A stretch of DNA of 64,000 nucleotides from Paraspadella gotoi (lineage: Eukaryota; Animalia; Chaetognatha): the NCBI GenBank assembly GCA_051294375.1, contig CM119270.1, forward strand, positions 18,781,546 to 18,845,545, written 5' to 3'. Below are positions 48,555 through 59,497 of the stretch, in pieces. The translations under genes and the position numbers were made by a program. The notes below the pieces were generated by a model, which saw only the letters and a program-made list of their open reading frames with translations, was not told the origin of the DNA and ran no database searches. Position 1 is the first letter of the stretch. Every line of letters begins with the position of its first letter.

Positions 48555-51368
48555 TTTTATTTATTTATTTTATTTATTTATTATTTATTTATTTATTTAT
48601 TTATTAATTTATTCATTTAATTCTTTATTTTTATTTATTTATTTATTCTTTTATTTTTTTTATTTTTGGATATCTTACCCATGAAAATACCAAAATCCTA
48701 TTAAGAAAAAAAACAAATTAACTCGAGGCCCGAGGCAGCAGCGATAAGAAAAGTTGCATTTTCAAAGAGATTTAACTTTTTGAAAAGAGAAGGAAGAATA
48801 AAATGAAAAAAAAAAAAAAAAAAAAAGGAAAGAAAGAAAGAAAGAAAGAAAAGGAAAAGAAATAAAACAAGAAAAAAAAGAAAAAAAAAAAGAAAGAAAG
48901 AAAGAAAGAAAGATAGATGATCTAAAAGGATATAGAAAGATAAGACATCAAGATTCAAAGGAAAGAAAGGAAAGGTTCTATATTTTTTTTTCCCCATTTA
49001 AATAGAAGGAAAAAAAAAGAGTGGACCAATGAACGACCTTGAACCAGAGACGCAAAATGACTTTTTCGTCTTCGTCGTCGTCATCATAATCGTCGTTATC
49101 GTCGTCGTCGTCATCTTTGTCGATGTAAACACAGTCATTAAACTAAAACAACGAGTCTTTTGAAATTTGTTTTAATAATGATAAATTCTTCATTTTTTTA
49201 GTATAATTTCCACAAAAAAAACCGAAACCATTTTCAGATGGACACATTTCTCTTTCGCGAAAGTTTGTTTTGACGAAGGAGACAAGAAAAGGTTATTGTC
49301 TCCATAAAAATGGAACCGAACGAGAATTCCGCGTCCCGACGTCGCGCCAATTTAATGCCATCCGACGCCATTTAGCGCCGTTCGATGCCATTAAAAACGC
49401 CACAATGGTGAGGCGGCGAGGATAGTATATAAATCCCGTGGATTCTCCGCTCTGTAGAAATGGTGAGACGAACAAGATAGTCGGACGAAGGAAATGGAGA
49501 GAATGGTGAGAAAAACGAGATAGTTGAACGGGATGGTGAAATGAACAAGAGAGAAGAACAAGATGGTGAGAAGGACAAGATAGTGAGACGAACGGGATTG
49601 CGAGAAGAGCAAAACGTTGAAAAGAACATCAGTGAAAACGAACGCCAATTTAAGTTTCGGTCGCAGAGACAAAGGACAAAGGACAAAGGACAAAGGACAA
49701 AGGACAAAGGACGTCTTCGATTTTTTTTTNNNNNNNNNNNNNNNNNNNNNNNNNGGAGCAGAGAAATTCTTCCGTCCTTTAGATTAGTTGGGATTTTTTT
49801 TTTTTAATCGGGCGGCGAGAGACGGAGTAAGTAGCTCGTCTGGCGGGAAGAAAAGGGAGGGAGGTAGAGAGGATGAGGGACGAGAGGGAGGAGAAGGAGA
49901 AAAAGGGAAAAGGAAAAAACAAGCGGTGGAAGAAGTAAAAGATAGTGATAGAGAGAAGCGATAGAATATATAAATAAAATATAATTATAACAGAATATTG
50001 ACTTGGTTACTGAAAAATATAGAGTTTAAAACTAAAAAAAATGTAGTCCACGATTGACTTTCTTACAATGAGAAATGACATTCTTATAGCTTTAGCGAAT
50101 AACTCCATGAGTACAAAGAGGGTTCAGAAACCCTACGGACGGACGACGGACAGAATAAAATCCGGTTATTCAGATCATTGACTGGGTGAGAGAATAATGT
50201 CGAAAAGTAATAGGAGGATTAAGGAGAAAAGAAAAAATTGAAAGAGAAATAAAAAGGGCGAGAGCAGATAAAATCGGCTCGTCTCTCTAGTATATCAGTG
50301 AAATCGGAGACCGCCAATGGCAAAACCGCTGCTCCATTTACTTGGTTTTGGAGCGAGGATAAGTGCTCATTTATCTCTACTCTTATGTGAAACTGGTCAG
50401 TGAGAATTTTTTCGCTCCAGTGATGGCCGCGTCCAGCGAATCTCTAAACGCTCCAGCAAATAGGCGTCCTAGTGAAACCTTGAAGCTGAATGCATAAAAG
50501 AATTACGAAGAGGAGAGGAGAGGAGTGAGGAGAGAGAGAGAGAGAGAGAGGAGATGAGAGAGAGCAAGAGGAGAGAGAGAGAGAGAGTTGTTCTGCGATT
50601 CTTTTTTTTGAGTCTTATTGGAGTAAGCAAGGTGAAAGGATCTTGTTAGGGAAGAGCTGAGATGAAGTAAGGCAGAACTGAGAGACGGAGAGTAGAAACT
50701 GGGGTATGTGGAGAGAGAGCAAATGTAGAGTTTCTTTTTATTAGTGAACAATATGAAAGATTTTTTGAGAAAGAGTAGAGATAGTTAAGGAGCAATTAAG
50801 GTGAGAGTAGAGCAGAGAAGAGGTCTGTTTTTCTGTGGAAAAGTAAGGAGTCCTTTTTAGAGGAGAGATAGCAGTAACGGGGGAAGGACGAGGAGGAGAT
50901 GAGGAGGAGAAGAGTTCTTTTTTAAACTTTTAGGAATAGAATGGCTGGAAAGCTGTATGAAGTACTAGGCACTGTAATGTCGGAGACTGTACTGTGAGAG
51001 CCAAATGGAATGTAAGTCCGAGAAATGTATAGGAGCATGATGTAGGTGTAAAAACTGGGGAGAAAACTTGTGCCAGAAGAGTAGGTGTGAAGATCGAAAT
51101 GGCAAATGGCGACGGAGAATGGTAAAATTAACAATTATAGTAACAATGATTATTTGTATAGTTAAATGAAAGAGAAGATGATGTGGCTGGTCAATAAACG
51201 AAGAAATGTGCGGTGCTCGTGTAGGAGCGAATTGAAATGCAGGCCATCATGTATCGAGAGGATATCCCTCGCGGCGCTGGACAAAGCGGAGAACATAAAA
51301 ATAAAATTGAAAGATGCACTAGGGAAAAAAAAGGAGAGGTGGAAGAGAGAGAGAGATGAGAGAGAGCA

Positions 51369-51415
<47 letters not shown>

Positions 51416-53279
51416 AGAGAGAGAAGAGAGAGACGAGGAGAAAGAAGAGAGAGAGAGAGAGAGAGAGACAGCAGAGAGACGCACAGAGAGAGAAAAGGGT
51501 ATATTGTGAGACAAAGACAAATTAAACTAAAACGAGAAACAGTGTCACATCCAGCAAGTGGGGTTTTATCCGGGAAAGTTAATTGTTTGGGACAATATAT
51601 TTACTTTAACGTCGCGGGGCTTTTAGGTTGTTGGACTCGGCAACGTCGGAAGGTGGAGGAAAGGACTACAGGTTGATGGGTGAAAGGATTATGTTGAAGT
51701 GAAACGACGTGAGAGTCACAGAAAAGAAGTAGGTGAGGAGCAAATTGGGAAAGGGGATTCGAATAACGGAAAGGAAGGAGGGAAAGAAAGTAGGAAAGGG
51801 AGGAAAATGGGAATAAGAGAGGTAAAAGGGAAAAAGGGGAAATGGGAAAAAGAGGTAAAAGGGAGAAAGAGAGAGAGGAAAATGGAAACAGAAAGGATAT
51901 TAGTGGAAAAGGTTGGGCTCTCTTTTCCACCAATTAAATATTAATATTTAACTTAAATATATTTCCCAAATTAAACTAAACTTAAAGTCGCTAATTTCCT
52001 GGTCCAAAACCCCTAAACTAGAAAAAGAAAAGGAACCTAGAAAAGAAAAGGAACCTAAAGAACTAAAAATAAAGAAACAAGGGAAAATAAAAATGGAGAT
52101 ACGATTTCGAAATACCGAGCGATTCAGTATAACGCGTGACAACTGAGGCTTTTCGGGCGGCGTATACTTGATATAAATGGAAGGGACAACGGACATAATC
52201 GGCGATCACAAGGAAAAGTGAAGTTCGACGTCTGTGAGGTGAAAGGAAAAACAGTGAAAGGTCAGGTTTTGGGAGAGCTTCAAATGATTTGAACAAAGAC
52301 GACGCGACGAGAAAATCGACCGACGAATACAACGACCGAAGACGACGACCGAAGTCTTTTGTCTTTTGACCCGTTGTATCGTTAGTGGTCAATAGAATGA
52401 CCTGTTTTACCTGCGATCTTGTATGGCTGACCTTTTTTCTCAGCCAATGTCAAATTACGAGTTGTCATTATTGTTATTATTTTTATCTTTTTGGCTTTTT
52501 ACTCTGTTTTTGAATTATATACGTTTTTTTTCTTCATTACGAAAAACACGCTCCGAATTATTCTCCAAATTCTCGTTTTGAGTCACCGCCAAATTGGTAT
52601 TGCCCGACGTATCTTTGACATTCTTATTCTTTGCGCACCTTCTAGACAATTTTTTTTTTTCTTTCCCTTGTTATTGTTCATTATTTGTTTTGTCTACGTT
52701 TCGACGTTGGTCGTCCAAAGATGGAGTACGTTGGTCCACGCCCCCGCAACGATTCCGCGCCCAGCCCAGGCGCCTTGCAGCGCCAATCAGCCTCGCGTTA
52801 CGTCAGAGGCGGCGACCGTTCGCCCCGGTTCCTCGAACCCCTGGCAAAACGTCTCTTGGCGCCGTCGCCCAAATCCGCGCACGACAGTGATTCAACAAAC
52901 GCCCGCATCGACGAACTAAGGCCTCGTCCTCTCGTTGCAGTCAAACCTCTTCGATGCCACTCTGACGCGTTATTCGAGACCTTCGGAGACGCGAGCGGAA
53001 CCGAATGCAGCAGCAGCGGTGAGAGCCCCTCTCTCCCGCGCGCTCCGCCACCGACGCCGGCCTCATTCCAGAAAATGACCAGACGGCAGGCAAATAGAGT
53101 GAGGATTGAAGAGCCAGCGTCGTTCCTATGGCGGACTCCGCGCACTCCCCGTTCGCGACGCCTCTCGTACCCTTTGTCTCTTCCGCGGCGGCTCACCCCG
53201 AGCACGCCCAACCCGCGCCGGGCGCCGGATGCGATTTCCGCGATCGCCGCTTACGGCGCCTACCACCCCCTACTTGGGC

Positions 53280-53560
53280 TCGAAAGCCTAAACTCCTCCA
53301 TTTGATTCTAAAAACATTCCCGTATGGTTGGCCGGAGTTTGACGCCGGGCATTTGTCGCCGCCGACGTTATACCGACGTGCACCATGCATCCCACATTTT
53401 TTGCGGCTTCTTCCCTCGGAGCATCAACCACTTTTCAGATTTTTATCGATCTGGCCATCGCCCCTCATACGCTCAGGTTTACGCGAGACTTATAAAATGT
53501 TTGGCGAAAACAAGACAGTTGGCGCAGAGGAATGCTGCGCCTTTGGCTGTTATTGACAGC
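53280..53560 (+). pseudogene. Gag N-terminal remnant
   Basis: Across frameshifts reads KLPPFDSKNIPVWLAEFDA, resembling the KLPPFW....WF.Q.E..F gag start of CsRN1-like Gypsy elements. Confidence 0.55.
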
Positions 53561-53619
53561 GCAAACCTCGGGCGTAGGAAAGAGGTCGTTCGGGTCTTCA
53601 TCTTCATCGGCGTTGGCAA

Positions 53620-55295
53620 GGTTCCCGCCCTCGTTCCGGAAAACGTGGCGGACGCCCCGTTTTTGACGCAATCCCACGGCCTTTCACACCCCCCGGGTCC
53701 GCGCTACCAAAAAAATGGTGACGAGCCGATTTGTCTGGCTCATCAGCATCTTCACACGCTTGGCGGAACTGGACGCGCACGTGCACTTCAATAGCCAGCG
53801 TGCAAAAATCACCAACACATCCAGGCACCTCCCCAACAATTTCGCAGGTCGAGCGTCGCTTCACATTGTTCATTAAGCGGGCCAAAATTGAACACTTTTT
53901 ATAACTTCTAATTCTCTCAAAAAAATTTCTTTATTTTCTTCTATACTAAATCGATTTTCAATGGCCACTTTTTGAATTATTTATTGGGTTGTTGCAACTG
54001 AGCTTTTAAATATTTATTAATATATAACAAATGACAAAAAAATTTTTTTTTAAAAAAATTATTTTTTAAGAACGGTTCTTTTAGAGCTTGAAAGTTAAAT
54101 GAAAGTAGTACTACTATTTTTTTAAAATTTTGACAAGAAATTGTTAAAACAAAAAAAAACGTTTTAAAAATATCATCATCCATCATCATTGGCTGAATTT
54201 TTAGTTTTTTAAAATTTTTTACCAATAAAACAAAAAAATTTTAAAAATTTTATTAATAAACCTTTATCTCTTTAAAGCTCTATCAGAATCTATCCAAAAA
54301 AAATTGACAAAGTCAAAAAAAATTTTTAACTTTATATAGTAATAAATAATCTTTAAAGGCTTCCGTCGCTTTATTAATGAAATATTTTTTTTACAATTAT
54401 TTTTTTATTTTCATATTCATTTAACAGTCACTTTACCAATATTTACTTTGAGAGAACTTCAAGTTTTCAAAACTGTTCCGCCTAATGTTCATGTCGACAT
54501 TCGTTGGGTCCCCTTCCTGTCTCTATGGACCACCCACCTGCTCACATGCGTTTAGATCGTTTATTTTCGCGGCTGCGCCAGAAGCGATTCCCTTCCGCGA
54601 CACTACAACGCCGACCATCGTGCTGCCTTTTTCCAGAATTGGTTTCGCGGTTTGGCGTACCTGCTACTGATAACTACTGACCGTGGAAGCCAATTCACGT
54701 CCGACTTATGGCGCCAACTCGCTGAAAACAGTGGGCTTTAAATTAAACTTTACCACAGCCTTACCATCCACAATAAACGGCATGGTCGAAAGCGGATTGC
54801 TCGCAGCTTGGCAAAGCATCTCTAAAGGCACGCTGCGAAAACGCTTGCTGACAAATGGAATTCTCAACTTCCGTGGGTCCTTCCTCGGACTTAGAACCAC
54901 TTTTAAAAACGATCTTGACGCCTTCTCCGGACTGAATCTGGTTCATCGGCGATGTACTTTACTATTCCCGGATGAGCTGATTAGACGCTGAGAACGCCAT
55001 CAGAAGTTGCGACTCCACCCACCGAGCAGAGATTCCTTCGCAACCTCCGTTTCGATGTTGCACTTCATTGCGCCCAAATCTCCGGCACCTCCCACGCCCG
55101 AGCCGACAGCCGAATGCAACTACCCTCAAGGAGGCGGAGTTTGTTTTCGTCCGTCCGCCCCTAACAACGCCGGCGCCCTTGCGACTCCTTTTAGCGGGAC
55201 CTTTTACCGTGTCATCAAATGCACCAACCGTTGACGTCATCATCGAAAACCGGCCGAGCAAGGAACCGTAATATCGATCGCATCAAGCCAGCATC
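53620..55295 (+). pseudogene. Retroviral-type integrase, frameshifted and split by a MITE
   Basis: HGLSHPG..T......RFVW..WTRTC..CQRAKI (HHCC); RF.HVHVDIVGPLP; TDRGSQFTS; TTA.HP..NGMVE; LLGLRTT; FVFVR...GPF; IDRIKPA. Confidence 0.85.
53874..54484. mobile_element. ~610-bp AT-rich MITE nested in the integrase
   Basis: Ends TAAGCGG / CCGCCTA, with inverted subterminal GAACACTTTTTATAACTTCTAATTCTCTCAAA / TTTGAGAGAACTTCAAGTTTTCAAAACTGTTC. Flanked by TTGTTCAT / ATGTTCAT (about 8-bp TSD). Removal restores HVHVD. Confidence 0.8.
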
Positions 55296-56146
55296 CATGG
55301 CGTGAAAATCTCCAAGCGCCTCCAGGTTAGCTCCACCTCGCGGAACGCCCGCCCAAACGGCGTGGAGACCGGGCGGATTGACGAGAGAAGAACACTGGAA
55401 ACTCGGAAAAATGTCGTTTTTCCCGATTGCCACTTGATTAATAGGCGATCGAGAGCAACCCGCAACCCAGCCCACTAGGCGCTGCAATCGCCCTACCACT
55501 CGGCACGTTGGAGCCGATCGACGAAGAAGAATTTTGAGGCCACAACCTGATCATCCCTGACAGTCAACCAAGTCGACGACAGCGCTTGGGGGGGGATATT
55601 GGGACTCAATATTTGAACAAAGCACGACTGACGACGAAAACGACTCTAATACACGACGAAGCACGGGACGAAGTCTTTGTACTTGTGACCCGTTAGTATC
55701 GTAGTGGTCAATAGAATGACCTGTTTTACCTGATCTTGTTTATGGCTGACTTTTTTCTAGCCACTGTAAATACGACGTTGTTATTGTTATTATTTTTATC
55801 TTTTGGCTTTTACTCTGTTTTTGATTATATCGTTTTTCTTCATTACGAAAAACACGCTCGAATTATTCTCCAAATTCTCGTTTTGAGTCACCGCAAGTTG
55901 ACATTTTGCCTTCAGGTGAGTTCTCGAAGACAAAGCTTTTTCTTTATTTTATGGCAAAGTGGAGCCAATAATTTATTTTATTTGTTTTTTATTTATTTAT
56001 TTATTTATTTATTATTATTTTAATTATTTATTATTTATTTATTTATTTATATTTATTATATTTATTTTTTATTATTTAATTTATTTATTTTTATTTTATT
56101 ATTTATTTAATTCTTTATTTTTATTTATTTATTTATTTATTATTTT

Positions 56147-56210
<64 letters not shown>

Positions 56211-56242
56211 TTATTATTAATTTATTCATTTAATCTTTTATT

Positions 56243-56275
<33 letters not shown>

Positions 56276-57340
56276 ATTTTTGGAACTATCTTACCCCATG
56301 AAATTACCAAAATCCTTATTAAGAAAAAAAACAAATTAACTCGGCCCGAGGCGGCAGCAGCGATAAGAAAAGTTGCATTTTCAAGGAGATTTAACTTTTT
56401 TGGAAAAAGAAAAGGAGAATAAAATGAAAAAAAAAAAAAGAAAGAAGAAAGGAAAGAAAGAAAGAAAATAAAAGAATATAAAACCAATGTAAATAAAATA
56501 CAGAAGAAGAAGAAAGAAGAAGAAGAAAAGAAAAAGAAGAAAGATAAAAGAAAGAAAGAATAGGTTTAATATTTTTTTTCCCATTTAAATAGAGGAAAAA
56601 AAGTGGACAATGAACGACATTGAACCGAAGACGCAAAATGACTTTCGTTTCTCGTCTTATGTCTATTCGTCGTCGTCATCTTTGCGTGTAAAAACACAGT
56701 CATTAACTAAACCAACGAGTCTTTTGAAATTGTATTTTAATATGATATAAATTCTTCATTTTTTTAGATACATTTCCAAAAAAAACCACCGGAACATTTC
56801 AATGATGACACTTTCTCTTTCGCGAAGTTGTTTGAGAAGGAGACCGAAAGGTATTGCTTCATAAAATGGAACCACGAGAGATTCGCGTCCCGCGTCGCGT
56901 CATTTAATGCATCCGACGCGCCATTTAGCGCGTTCGATGCATTAAAAAACGCCACATGTGGTGAGCGGCGAGGATAGTATATAATCGTGGATCACGCTCT
57001 GTAGAAATGGTGAAGGACGAAAAGATAGTCGGACGAAGAAATGGGAGAGAATGGTGAGAAAACGAGATAGTTGAACGGGATGTGATATGAAAAGAGAGAA
57101 GAAAAATGTGAGAAGGACATAGATGTGAGACGAAGGGTTGCGAGAGGAAAGTTGAAAAGAACATCATGAAAAGAACGGCCCAATTTAGTTTCCGGTCGAG
57201 AGAAAGGAGAAAGGACAAAGGAAAATGGACAAAGACAAAGGACGTCTTCGATTTTTTTTTTTAACGTTTTAACTCTTTAAAAAATTAACGTCTGTCGAGA
57301 TAAACGAAAGAGGAGAGAGAGGAGAGAGAGAGAGAGAGAG

Positions 57341-57406
<66 letters not shown>

Positions 57407-57467
57407 GAAGGACGAACGATTCGCGCGCGCCGGCATCAGAGAGAAGAAATGAATGGGATCACAGTGA

Positions 57468-57490
57468 CCTCACGTGATGGCACGTGATCG
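57468..57490. promoter_or_regulatory. Tandem E-boxes (TCACGTGA, GCACGTGA) in a CpG-rich patch
   Basis: CACGTG at 57471 and 57481, 10 bp apart. Function is inferred only. Confidence 0.3.
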
Positions 57491-57651
57491 ACGCGACAGA
57501 ACCGGGGTGCGCGAGAGGAGATTAGAATCGCGTTCAGGAGGTGCTAGGAAAGGGAGACTGGCGGGAATGAGGAAGAGTGCGAGTCTAAATATCGTAGTTT
57601 ACCAGCAGTCTGTTTGTCGGTGAGTGGGGTCTTCTCTCTCTCTCTTCATCT

Positions 57652-57707
<56 letters not shown>

Positions 57708-57752
57708 TTCACATTTTCTCTTACATATTTCTCTCCACCTCCACTATACATC

Positions 57753-58368
57753 TAAGGTGTAGTAAATTTCTAAATTTAACTTTAATTAAAAATTCTAAAA
57801 GTGAGGAACGAACAACTATACTAATGAACATTTATGTTATAAAAAAAATTTTATAATAAATTTTACCAATTACGCAGTAGGCCATATTTATACTATACTA
57901 ATCAATAAATGTTAAAAATCAAACAGTTTTTTTTAAGATTTTTTTGCAATTTGGATTCGTCATAAAAAGTTGATTAATAAGAAATATAACTCTTTTTAAA
58001 AAATTCATTCATTTAAGTGGGTCAAAATTAAAAAAAAGCTATTATTTTAAGCTGAAATTAACTTTTTATATATTAAATATAGTTTTTTAATTCTTAACCC
58101 ACTTAATGAAATAATTTTTAAAAAAAGATTATATATTTTCTTTTTATTTAAACTTTTGACGAGCGAATTCAAATCTGCAATCAAAATTTAAGCAAAAGTA
58201 TTTTGAAAATTTTTCAATTTTATAAGGATAGTACATATATATAAATATAGCTTACTGCAAAAAATTAAAAAACATAAAATTATTTTTTTTACAAAATTAT
58301 GTTCATGTGGTATGTTGTTCATAATTGAATTTTTAGAATTTTCGTATGTAACTTCACTAAACGCCTTA
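57753..58368. mobile_element. ~615-bp foldback (long inverted repeat) MITE
   Basis: Nested inverted pairs TAAGGTGTAGT/ACTAAACGCCTTA, AAAATTCTAAAA/TTTTAGAATTTT, GCAGTAGGC/GCTTACTGC and TTAAGTGGGT/ACCCACTTAA. Flanks CTATACATC / CTACTACATC look like a 9-10 bp TSD. Confidence 0.75.
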
Positions 58369-59497
58369 CTACTACATCGTCTTCGTCACCTGCCTCCCTC
58401 CCTCCTCCTCCTTCCTTCCTTCCTGCTCCCCCTCTCGTCTCCGAGCGAGGTTCGTCGCCAGATTCCGACATCGAGCACGCCCAGACGGAACGGAAAATTT
58501 ATGAGGCGACGAAATCACGAGGCGAGAAAAGGATTGACGATCGAACGAGAGACCGGGAAGTCTCGCACGCAGTCACGCCAGTCATTAAATTTTGTGTGTG
58601 TGTGTGATCTCGTTATGAGAAAACTTAATGAGGATATAGTTTTTACTTACGATTCCATGAAAAATATTAACTTCGATTCGGTTACTAAAGAAAAAAGTTG
58701 ACATTTTCTAAAAGTCTTGCATTTCACGCGAGCGTCTTCTTCACGCTCGATTCTCACGTCGCCTGTCCTTTCTCTCGTGACCCCAAAAATTCCCCATTTC
58801 GCTCCTTTTCACTTACCTAACCCCATACTCGTTTGACCTCGAGGTAAATAGACTCACGAATGACGACGCTATTTTTAGAACACGTCCTCATCTCGTCACC
58901 TGATTGGCTCGAGAAATCAGCGAATCAGCGCTGAGCGGACGAAAAAAAAAGATTTCGTTCTTTTTTCGTTTGTCATATGAGAGGAGAATATGAAAGACAG
59001 GGTTTAAAAAAGGAAAAAAAATATATGTATATATATAAATATATATAAATAAATATATATATAATGTATAAAAAATTGAATTGAATAAAAGGAGGAAAAG
59101 ACAAAAGATGTTAAAATGAAGTTGGGAAAACCAGAATGCCGAACTATTTTTGGCGCAATATAGATTCGGAGAATGTGAAAAAAAATGAATAGGTCGACGC
59201 GTCGTCATTAATACCGATGAGTCATTACGTTCAAATTTACAAATTAAAAGATTTAAATCAATATTTTTAAACATGGGAAAACTAGCGCAGTAAACTTAGT
59301 AAACGGCAAAACAAGAAAAAAAAACGCAAACTAGTAATGAGAAAGAACGTTCCTTATGTACACAGTTTGAAAGTATTTTAAAAATATCATAACATTTTGC
59401 AATAACCTTTCAAATATTTGATGTTTTTTATTCCAAGCTTTTATGAGTTATTCCAGTTTTAATTTTTGGCTGACACTAACCCCAAGTTTTTTCACAA

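Larger units (their letters stand above)
52269..55895 (+). mobile_element. Internally deleted Ty3/Gypsy LTR retrotransposon (CsRN1-like): LTRs, PBS, gag fragment, integrase, PPT
   Basis: LTRs at about 52269-52591 and 55599-55895. PBS-like TGGTATTGCCCGACGTAT (52595-52612) resembles the tRNA-Trp PBS TGGTGACCCCGACGTGAT. PPT G8A at 55588-55596. 4-5 bp TSD (AGGTT / AGTT). The empty site GTCAGGTTGACATTTT is seen at about 44695 and, with one mismatch, at about 48276. Confidence 0.9.
43150..57260. repeat. Three colinear copies of a ~3 kb block (43150-45980; ~46700-49729; ~50900-57260 interrupted by an LTR element), separated by 25-N gaps
   Basis: Shared landmarks in all three: GACATTTTGCCTTCAGGTGAGTT, (TTTA)n and CTCTGTAGAAATGG. 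Gaps at 46121-46145 and 49730-49754. Confidence 0.88.
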
